Assembly: GCA_963842525.1 (NCBI GenBank)
Contig: CAWJGT010000018.1
Span: 1 to 47,695, forward strand
Direction: 5' to 3'
Length of the DNA: 47,695 nucleotides
From: an uncultured Holophagales bacterium
GTDB lineage: Bacteria > Acidobacteriota > Thermoanaerobaculia > Multivoradales > UBA5704
The notes beneath the pieces were generated by a model. That model saw nothing but the letters and a program-made list of their open reading frames with translations, was not told the origin of the DNA and did no database searches. Below are positions 8,253-16,500 of this stretch, one piece after another (position 1 is the first letter of the stretch; each line of letters starts with the position of its first letter). The position numbers and the translations under genes were made by a program.

Positions 8253-9133
8253 CCCACGAAACGATCGGCATGCGTCCCCCCTCTCCCGGCGGGGGGCGGT
8301 CGGAAGATGGGAGAGGGGGCCAGGGGGTGAGGACCCATTCCCCCCTCGCCCGGGCGGAGGGAGTGCGGATGGGAGAGGGGGGCCAGGGGGGTGAGGGTTT
8401 GCCTTCCCCCTCTCCCGTTCGGGGTGGAGGACCGGTGGCCGCACGGGAGAGGGGGCCAGGGGGAGAGGGCTCGTTCGGGGGCCGGCCCTGGATCTGCCGT
8501 CAGTGCGGAGAAGACCAGGTCGCTTTCGGCGCCATCCCCGAAGACCTCCTCTGCCACACCTGCCACGACGCCCAGAGAGCCGCGACCGCCTTCACCGAAG
8601 CCGACGCCGGCATTCCCAAGCTCCTGCGCGGCCTCACCCGCGAGAGCTGGTCCACCCACTTCGAGCGCCCCTGGCCCCAAGCCTTGGAGCACTGGACCGG
8701 CACCCCCCGCTGGGTTGCCATGTGGGGTCCCACCGGCACCGGCAAGACCGGCATCGCCACCATCCTCCTCGCCGAGCACCTGCGCACCGGCCGGCGCGGT
8801 CGCTGGATCTCCGGCCCCGAGCTGGCCAGGCGCATCCAGCGCGACCTCACCACCGCCGAAGAGGTCCTCGCCCCTCTCCTCGTCACCCCGCTGCTCGTCC
8901 TCGACGAGCCCCTCTCCGGCTCCAACGCCGACTGGTACATGGACCGGCTGATCCTGATCACCCGCACCCGCGACGAGAGCTGTCTGGCCACCGTCATCAC
9001 CAGTCAGCTCCTCCCCGAGCTGCTGCGCAATCCCAACGGCGCCATGCCGCCGTCCCTGCTCTCGCGCTGGCTCTCCGGCCTCCACGTCCGCACCGGCGGC
9101 ACCGACGTCCGCCTGAGAAAGGCAAGCCGATGA
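8249..9133 (+). CDS. DnaC/IstB-like ATPase (helicase loader) with a REP-derived N-terminal insert
   Basis: CRQC...CHTC zinc motif, Walker A GPTGTGKT, Walker B LLVLDE; ATGA-coupled on both sides. Confidence 0.85.
   Translation: MTHETIGMRPPSPGGGRSEDGRGGQGVRTHSPLARAEGVRMGEGGQGGEGLPSPSPVRGGGPVAARERGPGGEGSFGGRPWICRQCGEDQVAFGAIPEDLLCHTCHDAQRAATAFTEADAGIPKLLRGLTRESWSTHFERPWPQALEHWTGTPRWVAMWGPTGTGKTGIATILLAEHLRTGRRGRWISGPELARRIQRDLTTAEEVLAPLLVTPLLVLDEPLSGSNADWYMDRLILITRTRDESCLATVITSQLLPELLRNPNGAMPPSLLSRWLSGLHVRTGGTDVRLRKASR
8276..8469. repeat. Three tandem REP-type palindromes inside the DnaC-like CDS
   Basis: Units at about 8276-8332, 8340-8397 and 8406-8469: ccccctc(t/g)ccc-loop-gggagagggggccagggggtgagg. 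Confidence 0.85.
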
Positions 9134-10476
9134 AGCGCAAGCTCGTCCTGCCCCACAGCGAAGAAGCCGAAAAAGCCGTCCTCGGCGCCCTCCTCCTGGA
9201 ACCCATGCGCATCGCCCAGGTGCGCACCCGCCTGGAGCCCCGCGACTGGTTCCTCGAGCGCCATCGCGTCCTCTACCAGGCCCTGCTCGACGTCGCCGAT
9301 ACCGGCACCACGCCCGACCTCCTCACCGTCCAGGCCCACCTCCAGCAGGCCGGAGCCCTGGACACCATCGGGGGCCCGGCCTACCTCGCCACCCTCGACG
9401 TGGACCTGCCCGACCTCGACCGGCTCGACGAATACGCCGAAATCGTCCGCGAGAGGAGCGTCCGGCGAGACCTCATAGCCGGAGCCAAGAAGACCATCAT
9501 CGAGACCGCGACCACGACCCGGCCGGTCGCCGAGCTGCTCACCGGACTGCGCGACACCGCCGACAACCTCCTCGGCCGAGCCGCCCGGGTCCGTTGGACG
9601 GGAGCCGGCAACGTCCTCGACCAACTCCTGCTCGCCATCGAGAACGGCCCGCCCGAGGCCCTCCAGGGACTCACCAGCAGCTACCCGGGCTGGGACCGCC
9701 TCGGACCCGGCTTCCTGCGCGGCGGCCTCTACGTCCTCGCCGGAAGGCCGGGAATGGGCAAGACCTCCCTTGCTCTCGACCTCACCCGCCACGTCGCCGT
9801 GGACCTCCGGCGGCCGGTTGGAGTCTTCTCCCTGGAGATGCGTTCCGACGAGTTGGGCTTGAAGCTCGGCTCCGCCGAAGCCGACATCGCCGCCCGCTAC
9901 ATGAGAGCCGGCCACCTCTCCGGACGGCAATGGCAAGACCTCTACGCAGCCACCCGGCGCATGCTGGACGCCCCTCTGTACCTCGACGACACCCCAGGGC
10001 TCGTCCTGCGCGATCTGGAGGCGAGGGCCTGGTGGCTCAAAGCCCGCCATCCCGACCTCGCGCTCCTGGTCATCGATTACCTCCAGCTCGTCAATACCGG
10101 CATTCGTTTCGAGCAGCGCCGGCTGGAGATCGCCCACATCACCCGCCGCCTCAAAGAGCTGGCCGGTGAGCTGGGCGTGGTGGTCCTCGTCCTCTCCCAG
10201 CTCAACCGAGAGCTGACCCGCCGGAGCGATCCCAGACCCCAGCTCGCCGACCTGGCCGAATCCGGAGCCATCGAGCAGGCCGCCGACCAGGTCGCCTTCA
10301 TCCACCGTCCCGAAGCCTATGACCCCGACAACGAGACCCTGCGAGGCCTCGCCGAGGTCATCGTCGCGAAGCACCGGCACGGGCAGACCGGCACCGTCGA
10401 GCTGGCCTGGACCGGCTCCACCACCTCCTTCCGCAACCGAGTGACCCTGGCCCCGGCCGTCCCGGATCCCTTCTGA
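9130..10476 (+). CDS. dnaB: Replicative DNA helicase DnaB (element-encoded)
   Basis: PHSEEAEKAVLG, AGRPGMGKT, FSLEM, IDYLQL, LSQLNR, DLAESGAIEQAAD, AKHRHG. Confidence 0.97.
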   Translation: MKRKLVLPHSEEAEKAVLGALLLEPMRIAQVRTRLEPRDWFLERHRVLYQALLDVADTGTTPDLLTVQAHLQQAGALDTIGGPAYLATLDVDLPDLDRLDEYAEIVRERSVRRDLIAGAKKTIIETATTTRPVAELLTGLRDTADNLLGRAARVRWTGAGNVLDQLLLAIENGPPEALQGLTSSYPGWDRLGPGFLRGGLYVLAGRPGMGKTSLALDLTRHVAVDLRRPVGVFSLEMRSDELGLKLGSAEADIAARYMRAGHLSGRQWQDLYAATRRMLDAPLYLDDTPGLVLRDLEARAWWLKARHPDLALLVIDYLQLVNTGIRFEQRRLEIAHITRRLKELAGELGVVVLVLSQLNRELTRRSDPRPQLADLAESGAIEQAADQVAFIHRPEAYDPDNETLRGLAEVIVAKHRHGQTGTVELAWTGSTTSFRNRVTLAPAVPDPF

Positions 10477-10892
10477 TGCGCATCCGGCCCGACCAGGCGC
10501 GCGCCGCCCTCTCCCGCGTCAATCCTGCCCGCAGGCGGGCCGGCAGACCCGTGGGGCTGCGCGACTGCGCCATCCTGGCCCTCGCCGCGGCCGGCATGAG
10601 CGCCGAAGAGATCGCCGGAGTGCGTGCCTCCGACATCACCCTGGAGCGGGGAAACCTCCATATCGCGCTGCAGCGCGACGGCATCGTCTGGTACGTCATC
10701 CTGCCCTCCGACCTGGGCGGCCGGTTGTTCGCCTGGCTGACCGAGCGTCGCTTGTGGGCTGCCGACAAGCCGCTCTTCACCGGATTCCGGGGGCGAGGGC
10801 CGTTCTCGGTCAAGCACATCTACGACGTCCTCTACGGCTATGGCGCCCGGCGGACGAGGTCTCGCCGCTACCGGAGGCCGTCCGCATGCTAG
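10476..10892 (+). CDS. Truncated tyrosine-recombinase-like protein lacking catalytic residues
   Basis: GLRDCAILALAAAGMSAEEIAGVRASDI matches XerC/D box I but has Ser where the catalytic Arg lies. It includes ...KPLF... and ends with no HxxR or catalytic Tyr box. Confidence 0.65.
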   Translation: MRIRPDQARAALSRVNPARRRAGRPVGLRDCAILALAAAGMSAEEIAGVRASDITLERGNLHIALQRDGIVWYVILPSDLGGRLFAWLTERRLWAADKPLFTGFRGRGPFSVKHIYDVLYGYGARRTRSRRYRRPSAC

Positions 10893-11737
10893 TCGCCCTC
10901 TATGCCCGCACCGCGGGCACCGGCGAGCAGGTCCTCGCCGACCTGGCCGCCTACGCGGCCCGGAAAGGCTGGATCGTAGCCCTGGAGCACACAGACCAAG
11001 GCCCCTGGCACCAGGGGCCGCGAGACGGCCATAAGCGCCTCGTAGTGGCCGTGAGGGCCAAGGCCGTCCAGGCCGTCCTCGTGCCCACCCTGGGCCACCT
11101 GGCGCGCTCCCTGCGCCATCTGACGGGCCTGGGCCAGCTCCTCGCCGTCCAGGGCGTCGCCCTGATCGCCACCGAAGAAGGCCTCGACACCACCGACCCG
11201 GCCGGGGCCATCCGCTGGCGAGACTGGCTCGACCTCTCCGCCCGCCTCGACCGCCAGCTCCGTGCCGAAGCCGCCAAGCTGGCCCGCCTGCGCACCCCAG
11301 GTGAAACCTGGGGCCGCCCCCAGGCCGCCATCAATCCCGAGGAGCTCCTGGACTGGTGGGAAGGCCGCCGAGGCCGCCACCCGCTCACCCTGAGGGACCT
11401 CGCCCGCAGACTCGGAGTCTCCGAAGCCACCGCCCGCAAGCACCTCCAAGCCCTGCGCCAGGCTGGCCGAGTCGATGACGGAGCCCGCACCCGGGCCCTG
11501 GCCGCCCGAGCCGGCCACCGCCGAGGGGGCCGGACCGCGAACCCCCTCGACGACGTCGTCCTGATCGCCGCCTGGAACCTGCAGCTCCAGGCCGCTCACC
11601 GGCGAGGCACCGAGCCGAGCATCGCCACCCTCGCCCGTCACCTGCACGTCAGCCGGAGCCGCGTCCGCATTCGGCTCCGCGAGCTGGGCCTGCTGGAGCA
11701 GGAGCAAGCTGCCCCCGGAAGTTCCTCCGTGGCGTAA
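10886..11737 (+). CDS. Serine resolvase-like protein with degenerate active site and two C-terminal HTHs
   Basis: GGAGG RBS. VALYARTA (consensus YxRVS), LGHLARS (consensus LDRLxRS), EGLDTTDPAG, WGRP. HTHs LRDLARRLGVSEATARKHL and IATLARHLHVSRSRVRIRL. Confidence 0.8.
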   Translation: MLVALYARTAGTGEQVLADLAAYAARKGWIVALEHTDQGPWHQGPRDGHKRLVVAVRAKAVQAVLVPTLGHLARSLRHLTGLGQLLAVQGVALIATEEGLDTTDPAGAIRWRDWLDLSARLDRQLRAEAAKLARLRTPGETWGRPQAAINPEELLDWWEGRRGRHPLTLRDLARRLGVSEATARKHLQALRQAGRVDDGARTRALAARAGHRRGGRTANPLDDVVLIAAWNLQLQAAHRRGTEPSIATLARHLHVSRSRVRIRLRELGLLEQEQAAPGSSSVA

Positions 11738-11757
11738 ACAAAGCGTGGATTTGTGAT

Positions 11758-11934
11758 ATGATTTCTCTGACTGAGTGCCGTAAGATCCTGGGTGAGGCGG
11801 GGCGCGACCTCTCCGATGCCGAGTTGGAGCACCTCCGCCAGTTTCTTTACGGCCTCGCCGATATTAGCGTCAAGCACTTCCTGGCCAAGAGGAACAAGGC
11901 GGCCCAACCCCCCGACAAGGAGCCTACGGGATGA
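11758..11934 (+). CDS. 58-aa protein coupled to the integrase (candidate accessory or directionality factor)
   Basis: Hand translation: MISLTECRKILGEAGRDLSDAELEHLRQFLYGLADISVKHFLAKRNKAAQPPDKEPTG. Its TGA overlaps integrase ATG 11931. Confidence 0.7.
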   Translation: MISLTECRKILGEAGRDLSDAELEHLRQFLYGLADISVKHFLAKRNKAAQPPDKEPTG

Positions 11935-13452
11935 CCTCACTCCGGGCGATCATCTACTGTCGCGTCAGCAGCAAAGAGCAGACCCAGAACCTCTCCCTCC
12001 CCGTTCAAGAAGAGCAGTGCCGGGCCTTCTGCAGCCAGAGCGGCTGGGAAGTGGACAGGGTCTTCCTGGAGCGCGGCGAGTCCGCCAAGACCGCCGACCG
12101 CACGGAAGCTCCAGGAGGCCCTGACCTACCTGCGTGAGCAGAACAAGCGCTCCGCCAAGATCCACGTCTTTGTGGTCACCAACGTGGACCGGTTTGCCCG
12201 CGACTCCTTCGACCACGCCATCATCCGCCGGCACCTGGCGGCGCTCGGCATCACCCTCAGGGCGGTGAGCCAGCCCATTGACGAGACCCCGGCCGGCAAG
12301 TTTATGGAGGGCATCTTCGCGGCCCTCTCCCAATTCGACAACGAAGTCCGCGGCGGCCGGACCAAAGCCGGCATGCAGGAAGCGTTGCGCCGCGGCCAAT
12401 GGGTCTGGAAACCGCCTCTGGGCTACCTTCCGGACGGCAAGACCATGCAGCTCGACCCCGAGCGGGCGCCGCTCGTACGGCTCGGCTTCGAGCGCTTCGC
12501 CTCGGGCCTCTACACCCGCGTGCAGGTCCTGGAGGACCTCACCACGCGCGGCCTTCGCACCTTGAAGGGCCGCGAGCTGACGGCGCAGAAGTGGGGCGAG
12601 ATGCTCGCGAACCGGCTCTACATCGCCCGGATCTCGCAGTCTGCCTGGGCCATCGACACCGCCGGCAACTGGCCGCCACTGGTAGACGAGGACACCTTCT
12701 GGCGCTGCCAGAGCCTCCTCCGCACGAACGGCCTGATCGTGCCGAAGGAGCGCAACAATCCGGACTTCCCCCTCCGGGGCTTTGCGACGTGTGCCCACTG
12801 CGGGAAGCCGCTCACGGGCTCCTGGTCCCAGGGAACGACCCGGCGCTACGCCTACTACCACTGCCCGCCCAAGGCCCGCTGCCGCCGGACGAACATTCCG
12901 CGTCACGAGTTGGAGGGCCAATTCCTGACCCTCCTTGAGCGCCTCCGTCCCCGCCCCGAGTTCCTGGATCTCTTCCGTTCCATAGTCCTGGACGTCTGGA
13001 AGGGCCAGAAAGACGACGTCGCCGCCCAGAGGGCCGCTGCCGAGCGCAAACTTGCCGAGCTGAAGCAGCGCAAAGAGCTGCTCGTCGAGGCCTTCATCTA
13101 CCAGCGAGCGATCGACCAGGACACCTATCGGCAGCAGCTCGACAAGCTCAGCGAATCCATGGCCCTCGCAGAGATAGGCCGCAACGCCCTGAGGACCGAA
13201 GAGCTGGACATCGAGGCCGTCCTGGACTTCACCGAGAGGGTCGCCCTGAGCGCCTCCCGCCTCTGGCTGGAAGCCGACCTAGAGCAGCGCCAGAGGTTCC
13301 AGTCGCTCCTCTTCCCACAAGGTCTGCAGGTCGAAAATGGAGAGGTTCGAACTCCCGTAAGTCCCTCATTCTTCGAGGACTTACGCCACTTTACACCCCT
13401 CGACGAACGTTTGGTATCCCCAACGGGATTCGAACCCGTGTTGCCGCCTTGA
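11931..13452 (+). CDS. Large serine recombinase (integrase); one apparent +1 frameshift at ~12106
   Basis: IYCRVSSKEQ (catalytic Ser), VDRFAR, PPLGY, recombinase domain, zinc ribbon CAHCG...YYHC...C, coiled coil. The C-terminus VSPTGFEPVLPP is antisense tRNA sequence. Confidence 0.95.
13356..13385. repeat. Inverted repeat CGTAAGTCC-N12-GGACTTACG next to the tRNA 3' end
   Basis: Seen directly; candidate att-arm site or tRNA terminator. Confidence 0.55.
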
Positions 13453-13487
13453 AAGGGCGGAGTCCTAGGCCTCTAGACGATGGGGAC
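13412..13487 (-). tRNA. tRNA-Glu (anticodon TTC), integration site
   Basis: GTCCCCATCGTCTAGAGGCCTAGGACTCCGCCCTTTCAAGGCGGCAACACGGGTTCGAATCCCGTTGGGGATACCA; 76 nt, cloverleaf, encoded CCA. Confidence 0.97.
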
Positions 13488-13522
13488 GAGGCGGGCGGTC
13501 ACCGGCTGGCCGATGGCCGCGC

Positions 13523-16500
13523 CTAATGTACCACAGTTTCGGAGCCCGCCTCGGCTCCGACGGGCGCCTCGGCTTCCGCGGCAGAGCCCGGCGGCGGGGG
13601 CAGAAAGCCGGTGCGGACGAAGTAGTCGAGGTAGATGGTCAGCAGGCCGGCATCGATGTCGGGGCAGGTGATGCCCGAGCCCTCGATGGCGGCGCGGGTG
13701 TTGCGGTCGTCGAAGAAGATCTGCTTCCTCTTGCCGACTCTCCCTTCCTGCTGGGCGATGGCGGCATAGGCTTCGAAGTTCGCCACCACAGGCGCGAAGG
13801 GGGCGAGGGCGTTGTCGGTGTCGGTCTGCAGCCGCTCGACGGCATAGTGCTCCCACTCTCCCGACTTCATCCAGGTCAGCGGATAGCCGTATTCGCGGAG
13901 AAAGGCGAAGACGGTCCGCCAGCGCGGCTGCCGCGGATGCGGGAACTGGTAGACCCGGTTCAACCCCTCTTCCCGTAGGGAGATGTGGATGAGGGCAGCC
14001 GCCACGTAATCGACCGGTGCGATCTCCATGTCCTGCTCGCCGTCGGGCGTCACTCCCATCTGAATACACCCCTTGAGCATGTTCCAGACCATGTCTCGGG
14101 TGTTGCAGACGCCGGTCTTCGTATGGCCCGAGAGGACGGTCGGCCGGTAGATGGAGACCGGGATGCCGCGCGAGCGCGCGATCTTGCAGAGCTGCTCGGA
14201 GACCCACTTGGTCTCGCCGTAGCCGCCGAAGAGGCCGGAAAGGCTGTCGGTCTCGTCGTCCTCGTAGACGGTCGGATCGTCCCGATAGCCGTACTCGACC
14301 TCGGGCACCGCCGTGATGCTGGAGATGAAGTGCATGGGCTTGGTGCGCACCAGGGCGGCCAGACGCAGGGCCTCGACGGTGCCCAGGACGTTGGACGGCT
14401 TCAAGACCTTGTAGGGATAGGTGAAATTGACCCAGGCGCCGTTGTGGTAGACCGCGTCCACCCGGACGGCCAGGTCTAGGAAGGCCTCTTCGGTGAGCCC
14501 GAAGCGCGGCTCGCCTAGGTCTCCCGGAATGGCCACGAGGCGCTCGGTCATTCCATCCCGCCAGACTTCGCGCTCTTCCAGCACGGTCCGCAGCCTGCGG
14601 AAGGCCTGGTCGGCATCGGCCGCACGCACGAGGCAGTGGACGCGGGCCGAGGTCTGCCGCAGCAGCTCGTCGAGCAGGAAGGTGCCGAGGAAACCGGTCG
14701 CTCCAGTCAGGAAGACCTCGGACGGATCGCCGACGGGTACCCGCGGCCCCTCCGGTTGGATCGCCGGGTCGAGCACGGCCTCGGCCCGCAGGTCCATGAC
14801 CTCGCGGGTGGCGGCGAGGGCCTCCATCCCCTCGCGCTGGAGGAGCTCGATCGCCTGGACCAGCTCGGCCACGGTCGGCGCCTCGAAGAGGTGGCGCATG
14901 GGGAACTCGATGCCGAAGGCCTGCCGGAGGCGGACGATGAGCTGCGGCGCCAGCAGGGATTGACCGCCCAGGGCGAAAAAGCTGTCGTGGATGCCGATCG
15001 GCTCGACACCCAAGAGATCCTGCCAGACCTCGACGAGCTGCCGCTCCATCTCGGTACGCGGTGCGGCATAAACATTGCGCAGGTTGGCCGGCCGCTCGTG
15101 GCGGTCGAGGCCAGGCGCCGGGGCCGGCATCTCGGGGTGCCCCTCGGACAGCGGCGCTGCCAGCTTCGGAGTCGGGGGCGCGACCGCCCGCTCGATCCAG
15201 TAGCGCTTGCGCTCGAAGGGATAGGTCGGGAGCCGGAGCTTGCGGCGGTTCTCGTGAGCGGCGAAGCCGGCCCAGTCGATTGGCAGGCCGGCGAGCCAGA
15301 GACGGGCGAGGGCGCCGAGCAGATAGGCGGTGTCCGGCTGCCGGTCGTAGGCGGGCCGGAGGGTGGAGACTGCGACCGGGGCTTCCCTCCCGGCGAGTTG
15401 GAGGGCGAGTGTGGTCAGGCCCTGCCCGGGACCCACTTCGACCAGGACGCGCGCAGGCTCGCGCAGCATCTCGGCCAGGGAGTCGCCGAAACGCACCGGC
15501 TCGACCAGGTGGCGCGCCCAGAAGTCCGGATCGGTGGCCTGTTCGGCGGTGATCCAGGTACCGGTCACGTTGGAGAGATAGGGGATCTCTGGCGCCGATA
15601 GCCGGGTCTGCCGGAGCAGATCGCGCAGCTCGTTGCGCAGCGGCTCCATCATTCGCGAGTGGAAGGCGTGAGTGGTCGGGAGCCGCCGGGTGGCGACACC
15701 TTTCTCCGCCAGCTCGGCGGCCAGAGCGTCGATCGCATCGGGTGGACCGGCGAGCACCGAGACGGCGGGACCGTTGATCGCGGCCAGAGAGATCCGATCG
15801 GAGACCAGACGTCGGGCCTCCTCCTCGAGCAGCGCCACGGAGAGCATGGCGCCGGCCGGAAGCTGGCTGATCTTCTTGGCTCGGCGGGCGACCAGGCGCA
15901 GGGCGTCCTCGAAGGGGAGGACGCCGGCCAGGCAGGCGGCCGTGTATTCACCCAGGCTATAGCCCACCAGGGCACGCGGCAGGATGCCCCACTCCATCAG
16001 CACCCGCGCCAGCGCGTGCTCGACGGCGAAGACCGCCGGCTGGGCGATCTCGGTGCGGTCGAGGGGGCCGGCCGCGGCGATCTCGCCGCTCCGGCCCAGC
16101 ATGGCGCGCAAATCGGGTCCGGAACCGGACGCCTCTTCGACCCCCGGAGGGAAGAGGGCACTCATGAGATCCAGCCCTTCGCCGCGCAGGAGCTGAGCGG
16201 CGCGGTCGAGCTCGGCGCGGAAGGTCGGCTCGTGGCGGTAGAGGCCGAGAGCCATGCCCACATAGTGGTCGCCCAGGCCCGGGAACAGGAAGGTCACCGG
16301 CCGGTCGGCGTTCTCCTGGACGCTCTCCAGGAGGCGCTTCGGATCGCGGGTACGAAGAGCGGCCAGGGTGTCCTCGCGGTCACGGCAGACCAGCACCCTT
16401 CGGTGCGGAAAGGTGCGCCGGCCGGTCTGGATGGTGTGGGCGACGTCCGCAAGACCCGCGTCTGGATGCGCCTCCAGCCACTCCACCAGGTTGTCGGTGG

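Larger units (their letters stand above)
5608..13487. mobile_element. Prophage-like / satellite-like integrative element at tRNA-Glu (left boundary not identified)
   Basis: CI/Cro-like switch, replication initiator with iterons, DnaC-like loader, DnaB, and a large serine recombinase abutting the tRNA. No structural or conjugation genes and no second att copy were seen. Confidence 0.85.

Noticed and set aside
8276-8469. CRISPR array or intrinsic terminators from the REP units
   Set aside because: Dispersed palindromes in both orientations inside CDSs, with no spacers and no U-tracts.
13344-13358. Second tRNA or the other att site on the plus strand
   Set aside because: Only a T-arm-like fragment, inverted relative to the tRNA, with no cloverleaf.
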